From assembly GCF_036321535.1 (NCBI RefSeq), contig NC_087451.1, forward strand, positions 19,096,001-19,160,000: a stretch of 64,000 nucleotides of DNA, given 5' to 3'. The notes beneath the pieces were generated by a model. It was not told where the DNA came from, did no database searches, and saw nothing but the letters and a program-made list of their open reading frames with translations. The position numbers were made by a program, and so were the translations under genes. Below, in pieces: positions 26,651 to 38,893 of this stretch (positions are counted from its first letter, which is position 1; each line of letters opens with the position of its first letter). Source of the DNA: Camelus dromedarius (lineage: Eukaryota).

Positions 26651-28993
26651 TGGTTCTGTCTACTTTGGTTCTGTCCCTTCTCAGTATCTCTGGAAAGAGA
26701 CCAGCTTCTAGCTCCATTTCCTCTCCTCACTTCCACATGCAACCTATTCTCAGCCTCACATTTACGAAGTCAAGATTTTGAGTATTTACAATCTTTCCTG
26801 CAACCACAACAAGTCTTCTGGATATTTCTACATTGACTCTAAAAGTTGAGATCCAGTGAACAGTACTTACATAATGATGGCCATGTGAATAGTGGTCAAA
26901 CTCAGGCCAAACAATGGGCAGGATTACACTTTCTACTCCATGTGCTCAGTCCTACAACCCAGGAGACTATTTCAGCTATTATGTCAATGAAATCCAACCA
27001 TGTGTCATTATTATGCCTTGATTTTCATTTAAATCAAAAAAATCTCTTCTTCAGTTTTGGAATTTTCCTAGAGATTCTGATTGCTTTTCTTTCTTCTTGG
27101 ACTCTTTACCTATATCGTGTCTTATTTTTTTCCAAGTTATCGTTCATACCATTCATTCAATTCAAGCCCCATGTTGCCTCCTACTCCCAGTGGAACTCAT
27201 TACTCCTTAAACTTGCTCTACAGTCATCATCCTGGCACTTTCATTCACTGAACTTCGAGCTTAGATTCACTGTTTACTATATGTTATTTTATCTTCTATC
27301 TGATTTGTGACCACATCTTCTAGAATACATCCTCCATTTTCTAGAATAGTGTGTATGAAGGCCAACTTTGCATGTCAGAATAAGCCTTTATCTGTTTGGC
27401 TAGATATAAAATTCTAGGTAGAAATTCTTTTCTCTCAAAACTGTGCATGCATTTCTCCATTCAATCTTCTAGGATGCGGTGTTATTTGAAAAGTCTGTAG
27501 TCATTTTGATTCTTGTTTCTTTGGAGATGAATTGTTTTACTCTTTAGAAACTTTTAACATCTCTTTATTCCGGATGTTCTGAAATTTAATGCAGAAGTAT
27601 CTAAATATGATTTTTCATTCATTAACTTGAGCACAAAATAAACTCCTTCACAATGAAGACGTGACCTTCAGTTGTGGAAATTTTCTCTTATTTTTTCCTA
27701 AGATATTTTCCTTCCCTCCGACTTATTCATCGTTATTTTCTGGGGTTCCTAATAACTACGGTCCTTTAGGATTGGTGTTCTATGCTTGCTGTCTTTCCTC
27801 CCTGATTCTACTTCTTCCTCTTTTTGCTTTATATTTTTAGGAGTTTTTTTTCTCAACTCTATGTTTTAATCCTTATATTGAACACTTTATTGTTGTAACC
27901 ACATGTTTAGTCTCTGAAAAATATTTCTTGTTCTCTGGTTGTTCCTTTTTCACAGAGCATCCAGTTCTTGCTTGATGGATATTTTGTCTGTCTTTTTGAA
28001 TCTCTAAGTATATTAAGTAGTTCTCTTTATACCCTGAATTATCTCTGTTTCCTCCAGTGTCAGTTTTTTTGTTTGTTTATTTTGGTCTTTCTTTGCAAGC
28101 TACGGGTTCTTCTCACATGCATGGTGATCACTGGCAATATTTAATAAAGAATTACCCACGTATTCTGGGTTTCCTCTGCTGGTATATGAATTATACTACT
28201 TCTCCTCTAGGTCTCTCCCCGGTGGAAATTCTGACTAGAAATTCTTTGTGGATCAGGATAGAACATATCAACTGAAAGGCTTCAATTGGGCTGGGAAGGG
28301 TTGATGGTTGACTATCAGACAGTGGGCCACCCCAATGCTTGAATAAGGAACATTTATCCTGGACCTCCAACATTCATACTAGAAGCACTAACTTCCCTCA
28401 GACAGTTGGTTCAATTTCTTTAGAGACAAGATGTCTGACATTTTGTCTGAGGGAAAATGGCTTCTGGTGAGGAAGGGAAGTGGGATCATAACTGATGCTG
28501 GTGGCCTGTCTTCCAGGTCTTCAATCAATCCTGGGTTTTGTGTTCATTCTAAACTATTATACCATGACCCTTCCCCAACCCTAATCAACCCCTGCTCCTG
28601 TACTAGCATGGAAAGACCTGCCTTAAACCAGACTTCAAAGTCTCAGTAAATGCCATGGTCTTGCTCATCTTCCCATGAGGTTGTTGTGAGACTGTCAAGG
28701 GGTAAGCAATAAACTTGGCTTTGTCTTGTCAACAGATTGTTCTAGAGATATTAGGGGAGCCAGCATTTGACAAGGTGCTGGGAACAGAGCAGTGAATAAT
28801 ACCCTCATTGAGTTTATTCTAGAAATAGGTAATAAGCAGACAAAATAAGAAGTAGGTAATTTTCTATTTTACAATGTAGTTGGGGAGATAGTAGCCAAAC
28901 AAGTCATTACAAATTGTGATAACTAAGAAGGAAATAAAGGGCACAAAATAGAGAATGGGGGCAGCTGGGAATCTGATTTTAAAAGATAATCTG

Positions 28994-29078
28994 GGGGCAG
29001 GGGTATAGCTCAATGGCAAGCAGGTGCTTAACATGCACGAGGTCCTGGGTTCAATCTCCAGTATCTCCACTGAAGAAA
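28994..29078 (+). mobile_element. tRNA-Ala-derived SINE, short
   Basis: gggtatagctcaatggcaagcaggtgcttaacatgcacgaggtcctgggttcaatctccagtatctcc followed by an A-rich tail. Confidence 0.85.
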
Positions 29079-29589
29079 AAAGGAAAAGAAAGGATTGTTT
29101 CAGGCAAGCTCACCTTCCAGTTGGGGCCAGGAAGGGCAAGGGGTCTTGTCAGGCAGATTACCTCACTAGTGTTGATAAAGAAATTCCAGATTGATTGATT
29201 TAAAACTCTACTCCTGGGGGAGGCTGAAACTGCAATTAGGTTAGGTACTACGTTTTGGGTTTGCAGGCATAGTTTAGAACAAGTGACTCCATTTGGAGTC
29301 AATCTAAAGAGCTCTTGTGGCTCCACCTTGAGCTCTCCCTAGCTGCAGGACATTGCAGTTTAAGTCAACTACCAACTGATTTGCGGAAAGTAGTGAAAAT
29401 CCGACCACATGAACAGGATGCCTTCAGGCTCTTTCCATTACTTGCAGGAGAGAATTGCCTTTAGGTGCAGCTGCTAAAATCCAAGTATGCCTTGGCCTTT
29501 AACCATGTGGACTGAGGGACTATTAAAACCAGCCACACACAGCCTAGTTACCATGCCCTGGGGGCCTGAATTAGCAATCCCGCTGGTAC

Positions 29590-30300
29590 TGGACTAGCCC
29601 CGCAGGAGTTGCCGTGGTCTCGCAGCCCGGCCACCCGCGCACAGGCCGCGTGGAGTTTCTGTTGATTTCGCTCCCTCCCTCGGAGCCGCCGACCCGCCGG
29701 GTGGAGAGTGCTCAGCCGCGCAGCCCATCTCGCCGGCTGCACACTCACACAAACATCGGCCCGCTTTTCCAGCCCTGGGCGGTGGGTGCCTCCCAGCCGG
29801 GACTCGCTCTAGATTCTGCAAGCCTCGCGGCGCGCGCCCCGCTCCGTGCACTGCGCTCCACCGGACTCGGAGTTTAATCACACAAACAGTGTCCGGCTTC
29901 CTGTCCTCATCTCCCCCTCCCGCCCCGTTTCCCTGGCCCCTCCCTCTCCCCAGCCCGATCCGCCCGCCCGCTCCCCCTCCCCCGATCCCTCGGGTCCCGG
30001 GATGGGGGGGCGGTGAGGCAGCCACAGCCCCCCGCCCCCATGGCCACCCGTCGGAGCCAGAAGCGGAGGGGGCGCCGGGGGGAGCCCGGCACCGCCCTGC
30101 TGGCCCCGCTCGTGCTGGGCCTGGGCCTGGCGCTGGCCTGCCTTGGCCTCCTGCTGGCCGTGGTCAGCCTGGGGAGCCGGGCATCGCTGTCTGCCCAGGT
30201 GAGGCCCGGCTCCACACCCCTCCCTGGGCAGATCAGGAGCGGAGTCTGCGGAGCAGCTGATGGGGCCGGGTGGGCCGAGGGCAAGGGGCCAGGAAGATGG
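29590..30300 (+). promoter_or_regulatory. TNFSF12 CpG-island promoter and exon 1
   Basis: Dense CpG and GC boxes (ccgcccgccc) immediately upstream of the ATG at 30040. Confidence 0.8.
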
Positions 30301-30488
30301 GTGGAGGGTGAGATGTCAGGTGGAGAAGGACAGGGTGACGCTGCCTCCTTCCCAGCAGGAGCCTTCGCAGGGGGAGCTGGTGGCAGAGGAGGACCAAGAC
30401 CCGCTGGTGAGTGGGCGTGGGTGCTGGCTGCGGGCGTGGGAAGTGTGCGCCGCCTGAGGGTGCAGGTTCTGCCCTGGTTGTGCCAGCC

Positions 30489-30530
<42 letters not shown>

Positions 30531-33500
30531 GGGGGTGCACGCACCAGCCATGCCATGTGTGGGTACCTGACAGAGGGTGACAACCGTGTGTAAGGGGTTT
30601 GTGCCACATTTGTGTCACCCAAGTATGAAATGTTTATTGGCCATGCGGGGGGGAGTGGGAGCATGAGATTGGTAAGCTGCTGTGGAAGAGGATGCTGGTT
30701 GTGTGTGCAGGATGTGGACCCCTGTGCACGCTGACAGGATGAGGGCATGTGCATGATGTACCAATTGCTCGCAGGGTCTATGCTGGTTGTGGGGGTTAGG
30801 GGGTGTGGCTGGTCTTGGGAAAGGGGCAAGGGCTGGGGCCTGATGGGTGGCCCCGGCCACTTCTGGCTGAGAGACTTGGTCCCTCCCTAAGACATCTGTG
30901 CCTCTGGCTGGTGCCTCCCCTGACGGGCCCCTTGTCCATCTCAGTTTAAGTCTCTGGGAGTCCCTGGCAAGATCTTGGTTTAGCCCTGCCCTTAATTCCC
31001 CTAGGACCTGAATCCCCAGACAGAGGAAAGCCAGGACACCGTGTCTTTCCTGAAACTGGTTCGGCCTCGCAGAAGTGGTAAACGGCCCTTTATCCCAACC
31101 TCAGGAATAATAATAGTGGCTGGTCTGTGATGGCTTCTGGAGTTATGACTGCTTTTGTTCATCATAACAGCAGGCAGAGTAAAATCCATTAACCTCCCTT
31201 AGGGAGAGAGAAACTTAAGCACAGAGTAAACTGGGCTCGGAGTCATGGAGCTAAATAGTCGAGACTCAAACCTAGAATTCTGACCTTCCCTCTGAAGCTC
31301 CTTCCATTCATGGACCTGCTTCTCACTTCAGACCCAACCCCAAATATGAAGAAGGGATGGCCAGGAGTTAGGAGAACCCCTGGGGTCTTGATGAAGACCA
31401 GGCGAGGGAGTCAGAGGCCTGGATCCCAGTAAGCAAAGAGACTTATGACTGGGGTGACCAGGTATCCAGGTTTGCCGGGAACTGCCCTGGCTTCCACCTG
31501 TTAGCACAGTGTGATGACTAATAGCGCCCCTCTTGCTCTCAAAGTCATCCCAGTTTGGATGATAAGTTATAAGTTGCTTTACTTGTGGAGGAAGATAAGG
31601 CCTGAGGGTCTGAGGTCAAGAGTCTGGACAAGGATTAGGATGCCAGCGTTCTGAGGAGAACGGGGCTGAGGGAGTAGCTCCCTGCCCCCCAGACGTGGGG
31701 GTGCTTTGCCCATCTGTCTTTCCTTGATTCTCAGCACCTAAAGGCCGGAAACCACGGGCTCGCAGAGCGATTGCAGCCCACTTTGAAGGTGGGTGATGGC
31801 GAGCGGTGCCCCAGGGGTAGGGGTAGCAGAGAGGCAGGGCCGGGCTCACCGTGCCTTTTCTGTGTCTTACAGTTCACCCACGGCCGGGACAGGATGGAGC
31901 ACAGGCAGGTGAGACCCCATCCCCACCTCTGAGCTCTTCCCTGACCCCCACAGCACTGGCCTTCTGGAAAAGGGGCCCTTCAAAATCTTCACTCCCCAAC
32001 CCCACCTCAAGCCTTGGAACCCCAGAAGCCAGTTCGGGAAAGTGCTCAGGGCTCGGTTCCCTGGGCTCCCAAACCTGAACTTTGTCTATGACCCAGACCC
32101 CAGGGCCCCAGGGAGACCCCTTCCCCTCTCAGACCCCAGGCAGATTCCCCCTCCAACCACCACCCAGCTCCTCCCTCAGCCCTCACTCGTCTCCAAGAAT
32201 TACCTTTGACTTTTCTCTTCTTCCCTCTTCATATTCCAAGTCTTCATACTCTGATCATTTTTCTCAGATTTTTCCAGTCTCTGCACATCTGTTCCATCCC
32301 TACCTCACCCCTGCCACCTCAGCATCATGACCTTGGAACCTCAAACCCGGTCTGTAACCCCTCCCCCATTCCAGACTTACCCCATCCCCTCCTCTGTCCC
32401 ACTTGTGTTGCTGGGCTCAGCCCCGCTAAACCACCCTTTCATTGTTCCTTTGCTTCTCTGCTTGGATTCCAGCCTCTCCATGGTCTGATCGCCACCTCTT
32501 TTCCCTGCACACCCTTATGCCTTCTCCACTCTTGTTAGGCTGACACCCCCTCCCCACCAATGTGCCTCTTCTGGACTTTGCACATACTATTCCTTTACCT
32601 GGAATGCCCTTCCATGGGACAAGCCAGGAGGCAAAACACAATGGTGGCTTAGCCTGGGGGCTGGCAGTGGAGATGGAGAGAAGTGGATGGATTCAGCAGG
32701 TAGCTTGAAGATAGGGCTTGCTGGGTGGGGGATCGGATGTGCAGGGTAAGGGAAAGGGAGAAATCAGAAATGACTTCTAGATTTTTAACATGGGCATCTT
32801 TGGGAATAATGCTGCCCTTTATTAGGATGGGGTTAACCAGGGAGGAAATAGGTTGAGAGGCGTGTAAATGGATAATTGAATTTGAGGTCGAATAATAAAT
32901 AAATGAAGAGATAATAATAAACAAGTGAGTTTCACAAATAGATGGCGGCACATGGTGGACTAGCTCAGGCTGGGTCAGGATGTTCAGAGTCAGGAGTCAT
33001 CACCATATGGATGGTATTTAAAGCTATGGGACTGGATGAGTCACCCAGGGGGAAAGAGGGGCCCCATGAGCAAAGCCCTGAGGCTCTTGGACATTTACAA
33101 GTGCAGCAGAGGAGGAGAACCCAGCAGAGACTGAGAAGCAGCCAGAGAGAGGGGAAAAAACTCAGGGAGGGAAGTGTCCTGGAATCTCAGAGAAGACACA
33201 GTTTCAAGAAGGAGGATGTGGCTGTCTGTGCTGAGTGCAACTGAGAGGTCACATGAGATGAGAACAGAGTAAAGACCACTGGGTTTGGTAACGTGAAAAG
33301 TCAACTGGTGACCTTGACAAGGGCGTTGTCAGTGGTGTGGTTGGGATGAGAAGCCAGAATAGATTGGATTAAGAGAAAATGGGAAATAGAAATTGGAGAC
33401 AGTGACAACCCTTTCTAGAAGTTTCTCTGGGACAGGAGCTGAACAATGGGCTAGGAGGTGGAGGAGGATGTGAGTCAAGGAAAAGTTCAGTCCTTTTAGG

Positions 33501-36500
33501 GATAAGCAATACATGAATACATAAATCTTGTCTGATATTTATTGAGTGTTTCATCTCATCTAATCCCCCCAACAGTCTTAAAGGGAAGATATTCTGATCA
33601 TCTCCACTTTTCCAGATAGAGGTTACTTAACATGTCTGAGGTCATGATGACACTAAGAGGTGGAGCCGGGATTTGAACCCAGTGAGTGTGTGCTTGTGTC
33701 CTGGGCATCGTTTGTGTGAGAGGCAGGGGATGGAGGACCCTGCAGGCAACGTCCAAGAAGGTGGGAGGGGGTGGCTTCCAGAAGGAAGAGAGGGACACAT
33801 CATCCCATCACTGTGAGAGTCAATGGGTCAGTGGGGAATGCAAGAACCGGTCGGTCTGTGATTTGGGTTTGGGGACATGAAGGAGCCTTTACCTGCTAAC
33901 TTCTAGGTCTTCTGCAGAAGGAAGGAGACAGGGGCAGGGGCTCTGAGGAAAGATGGTACCAAATCCTTATCTTGGTGAATGCAAAAGCAAGCTTAGTGGG
34001 GGAAAGAAGGACGATTGCCAGGCAGTAAGGAACGCATTGTGGTTGTGAGACTGAGAGACACCAGGGTCCCAGGCACACCAGGCCCTTGGCCACAACCAGC
34101 CTTTGCTCAAGCTGGTTCCCTGGCCAGGAATGCCCTCCTTCCTTCTCTCCCAGGCCAGCCTTCCTCCTCTCTGTATGGACCATTTGTCTCGCGGTTACCC
34201 AGACATCCATCCATCCATTCATTCATTCATTCATTGACTCAACACTCATGCACCGAGATCCTACCGTTTATAAGGACCCCACGAGGTGCCCACGGTGAAT
34301 AATACCTATTCTCAAGGAATTACTGTCTAATAGTGGAGACAAGCAGAAACACTTGTAAATTACAATAGGCTATGACAAGAACAATAATGAAAGTAAAGCC
34401 AGAGGTGCGTGGTGACATAGAGGAAGACAAACCACCTTACAGTGGAGTCAAGGGCTCCTTCCCTGAGAACTGTGGGCCTTGAAGCATAAGTGTAAGATGG
34501 ACAGGTGGTCAAGGACATTCCAGGTAGAAGGAACAATTCATGTAAAAGCCCAGAGTTTGCCAAGAGCATGATGAGGCTGGGGCCTCAGTGTGGGGAGGAG
34601 CAGCCCTGGAGGAGCAGGATGGGGTGAGGCCGGAGAAGAATAAGGAGCCAGGTCACAGATGCAGTCTGGAAGTTATTCTGAGGTCCAAGGCTCACACCTG
34701 CCTTTTAGAAACATCACTGTGTGCCTATGTGTAGTCACACAGGGAATAAACTGGAACAGGCAAGGTTGAGTCCCGAGGAGCCCAGAGAGGAAGGAGGCTA
34801 GGAAGAGTCCCAGGAAGAAATGGCAAAAGCCAGGCTGGGGAGGGAGATGTAACAGAGCTCTGTGGGTGCAGAATTGCTAGGAACTGGTGATCAGTGAATA
34901 AAGCTGGTGAAGGAGAGGGAGGCTTGGGTGCCAGGTGAGAGGTGGAAACAGCTCAGTGTGGAATACAGACCGTCAGACAAGTTTGGGGCGGGGGAGGTTA
35001 AGCTCAGTTTTGGTCTGGATGAGTTGGAGATGCCTGGGGCTGTTCTAATGGCTGATGGCCGGCAGTTAGCAGTGTCAGGAGGGGCAGGAAAGGGCAGGGC
35101 TGGAGACTCAGATTGGAGTCTGCAGAATGAAGGCCAAGGGAACCCGTAGGTGGGGATGAAAATGCCCAGTGAGCTATGTGTTTTCCTTGAGAAAGTAACA
35201 AGGACAGCGCCCCGGGGCTGGCAGAGGATGGGGTCTGGGGAAGGCAGCTGCCCAGGCTGTTGAGATGAAGCCAGGGAGGCCCTGAAGAGTGGCCTGTGGA
35301 CCCAACAGAGAGCTGGCACCATGGTCGCCTCCTCCCTGTCTCTTCCCACTGGTTTTTGCTTGGTGCCCACCAGAGCAGGCCCAGCTCCAGGGGCCGGGGG
35401 CCAGTGGTGAACAAGACCAATGTCCCTGCCCTCTTGGGAGAGTCAGACCCCAAGCCATCACATCCATAAATAAACGAGCCAACTTCCCTTGGTGACGCTG
35501 GAGAGAAATAAGGTGATGTGGTGGAGAGATTAACAGAGGCGGTGCTGGGACTAGCTATTTCTGGGAAGGTCTCTCAGAGGGACCTGATGACAGAAGGGGC
35601 CAGGCAGGGGAGAAATCCTGGCGAGAGGGCAGAGCAGTAAAAGCCCTGGGGGAACAATGAGCTTGAGGCCCTGCAGGGGCCCAGTGACTGGAGTCTCCTG
35701 ACTTGGAAGAATGTGTGAGGTGAGATCAGAGAGGTAAACGGGGCGGCCTGTGGAAGGCCTGGGAAGCCGCTTGAGACTCTGCTCTGTCATTCTACTATCT
35801 TCTTTACAATTTGCAATTATCCTCTCTCTAGATTTTGGTGTGTGTGTAGTGGGTGGTGGTGGTAACGGCTTTATTGAGACGTAATTCACAAACTATATAG
35901 TTCTTCCCATTTAAAGTGTTCAATTAAGTGGTTTTGAGTATATTCACAGAGTAGTGAGACATCATTACAGTAATTTGAGAGCATTTTCATCACTTCAAAA
36001 AGAAACCCCATCACCTTCACCCATGACCCCGTATCTCCCTGATCCCTCCCAGCCCTAAGCAATGACTAATCCACCTTCTGTCTCTACGTATTTGGTTATT
36101 TGGACATTTCATAGAAATCATATAATAGGTGGTCCTTAGTGACTGGCTTCTTTCATTTAACATGTTTTCAAGGTTCCAACATGTCCTAACATGTACCAGT
36201 ATTCCATTTCTTTTTATGGGTGAATAATATTCCATTGTATGGATTTAACACAAGTTTCCTTATCCATTCATCAATGGATGGATATTTGAGAACCATTTGA
36301 TTATTTTTAATTTTAATAATCCAAGTAATGCATCTCCAAGCGCAAGAGCAAACAATAGAGACACAAACTGTAAAAGCCCCCACGCTTCTTCCACCCTACT
36401 CTTCTCCCCAGAAGTGGCTGGTAACAGCTTGCTCTGTATCCTTCTGGTCATATATGTGGAATTTATTTGCATAACTTCCTGTTACACTAGGGCTCCCTGG

Positions 36501-37220
36501 GCTGTGGCTCCTCCCTTGCCCTTGGTCATCTAGATATCTTCTGGGTAAGGTGGGCCCAAAGATTTATAAACTCAGTGGGTCCCAGGTGAGAAATGGTGAG
36601 AAAGTTCTGTAAAGGGACTGTCCCCTGTTTCTGAACATCCATATTCAGGTGTGGACGGGACGGTGAGTGGCTGGGAGGAGGCCAAAATCAACAGCTCCAA
36701 CCCACTGCGCTATGATCGCCAAAGCGGGGAGTTTATAGTCACCCGGGCTGGGCTCTACTACCTGTATTGTCAGGTAAGCCGCACCTGGCTCTGCGGGCCA
36801 AGCAGGAACTGAGGGAGAAGGGCTGGCTTAGGGGGTGGGGGCCGTTAACGGTGGGGGGCAGGAGCTAGAGGTTTGGGCTGGTTAGGAGACCTGGGTCCCC
36901 AAGGAAATGGGAGACTGAGCTGAGGGCCAGCAGAGGCCTGGACTCTGCCCACCCTCCCCCACCCCTAGGTTCACTTTGATGAGGGAAAGGCTGTCTACCT
37001 GAAGCTGGACTTGCTGGTGGATGACACACTCGCCCTGCGCTGCCTGGAGGAGTTCTCGGCCACGGCAGCGAGCTCCCTCGGGCCCCAGCTCCGTCTCTGC
37101 CAGGTGTCTGGGCTGTTGCCCCTGCGGCCAGGGTCCTCCCTGCGGATCCGCACCCTCCCCTGGGCCCATCTCAAGGCCGCCCCCTTCCTTACCTACTTTG
37201 GACTCTTCCAAGTTCACTGA
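30040..37220 (+). CDS. TNFSF12: TNF superfamily member 12 (TWEAK), 248 aa
   Basis: Exons 30040-30198, 30359-30406, 31005-31077, 31735-31788, 31873-31908, 36649-36773, 36969-37220; all GT-AG, total 747 nt; TM segment, RPRR furin site, TNF domain ending TYFGLFQVH. Confidence 0.98.
30491..30528 (+). repeat. (GT)19 microsatellite in TNFSF12 intron 2
   Basis: Perfect dinucleotide run of 38 nt. Confidence 0.97.
32500..36280. mobile_element. L2/MIR fragments and an L1MB-like 3' end (about 35870-36280) in TNFSF12 intron 5
   Basis: L2 motifs (ggcagtggagatggagagaagtggatggattcag; cattcattcattc); antisense L1 ccccagccctaagcaatgactaatccac; boundaries approximate. Confidence 0.65.
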
Positions 37221-37680
37221 GGGGCCCTGGTCTCTTGGTGGCTTGCCCAGGCCGCCGGCTCCCTACAGCAGCTCTCTGAGCACACACACACCCTCCCCCC
37301 TCCCCTCTGTCCCACCCTAAGATGCTCCTCCCCCAGACCTGCCTCTCCTGCGGGGCTCTCACTTGATGCCCATGCCACATAAATACTCCCATCCAGCTCC
37401 GACCACACCCCCACCTCTGGCTCCCCACCTCACCAGCCCCCAAACCCCTGATCTTTCCCTGCCCCCATTTGTCTCCTGACTCCCCACCCTGGCCGCAGCC
37501 CCCCAAGACACTGTGTTTACTGTACTCTGGGTGACGATGGATCCTGAATACCCCTCTTCAGGCACTGAGAGGGGCTGGATGCCAGAGAGACTGGGACTAG
37601 GCCAGGAGTTCCCAAATGTGAGGGGTAAGAGACCAAGGCAGGCTCCTCCCTTGATAATTCCCTGTGGATTTTTAAAAGAT

Positions 37681-37737
37681 ATTATTTTTATTATTATTGT
37701 GACAAAATGTTGATAAGTGGATATTAAAGAGAATAAA
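37681..37737 (+). terminator. TNFSF12 3' UTR AU-rich element and poly(A) signals
   Basis: attatttttattattatt at 37681; ATTAAA 37723-37728 and AATAAA 37732-37737. Confidence 0.8.
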
Positions 37738-38893
37738 TCATGGTCACTCTCTTTATTGGGGCTTAGGGGACATCCTCAGGATAGCTGGGGGCTATGGGAA
37801 GGGGATCGGGGCATTGGGGATTGGGGTGCAGGACTCCTGGAACTCCAGGGCGATGTCTAGGCTCAGCAGTGGGGACCTACCTGCCTCCAGCCCCGAAGCA
37901 CGAGCAGAGTCAAAAGGCAAACTGCCAGGAAAAAAAATCAATCCTCTGCCCAAGGTCCAGCAGAGGCAGCCTCATTTACCTAGGAGGCGGGCCTCATCCC
38001 ACGGGGAATCCCTGGCTGGGAGGAGCAGGGGCCCTTCCTCTTGGCAGCCTCGGACATTCAGCAGGTGCTGGTACAAGCCCTGGCTGGGATGTGGGGTGGG
38101 CCCAGGGTCAGCAAGCAGGAAGCCGGGGCCCAGGAAGCCGGGAACCTGGGCCCCTGGGTTCAGGGGAGGAATCCTACAGCGGCAGGGTGCTTGGGGATCT
38201 TTCTCTCTTTGTCCAGAGCCTTATGTAAGAGCTCTTCTCGGGAAACAGGAAGTCTCGCTTGCCAAGTTCAGCACAGGGAGTAGTGCAGGCCTTATTCCAA
38301 CACACCCGGCCTGGCCTTAACCCCAGAACTCAGCCAGTTTCTTGCTTCCTTGACCCTGGTTCTCCTCCCCACCGACCCCCTCCCCTCCTTTCCCACCTTT
38401 GGTCACTCCAAGCCAACTTCCCCAGAGAGCCTGCCTGTGCCTGAGCCAGAGGGTCTTCCACTCTCACCCCCTGACCCTTAACGCTGTCCAGCTTGTCCCT
38501 CCATCCCGGCTCCTGGCACGATGCCCCAGAGCCAGCCAACCTTCCCTCCCCCACTCCTGGGGCCGCCCCGGGGTTCCTGCGCTCTGGCCGCTCCTCCTGG
38601 GTGTCACTGGCAGCCCCGTCCTTCCTAGAGAGACTGATAGCAAATTCTCCTGAGGCTGGAGGACGGTGACGGGTCTCAGGACGTCACTGGCCCCACAGCG
38701 GAGTGCCAGGAACACCAACAGTGCCCTGAGCTTGCTTTCCGCCTCCCTCCTTTTTATTCTCAAGTTCCTTTTTACTTCTCCCTTGCGTAACGCCCTTCTT
38801 CCCTTCTGCACCACTGCCTGCACCCCCACCCTCCCAGTCACCTCCTTGCCACCCCACTCCTCAAGCCACAGCTGTTGGCAGGGTCCTCAGCTC

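Noticed and set aside
29548-30829. Several long overlapping ORFs (up to 214 aa) around TNFSF12 exon 1
   Set aside because: Explained by stop-poor GC-rich CpG island and (GT)n sequence; no recognisable protein
31770-31788. TWEAK AHFE where I recall AHYE in human
   Set aside because: A conservative single substitution; cannot be evaluated without an alignment
38666-38893. 76-codon in-frame extension upstream of the APRIL ATG
   Set aside because: Starts at GTG in pyrimidine-rich promoter/5' UTR sequence; the 250-aa product already matches the known protein
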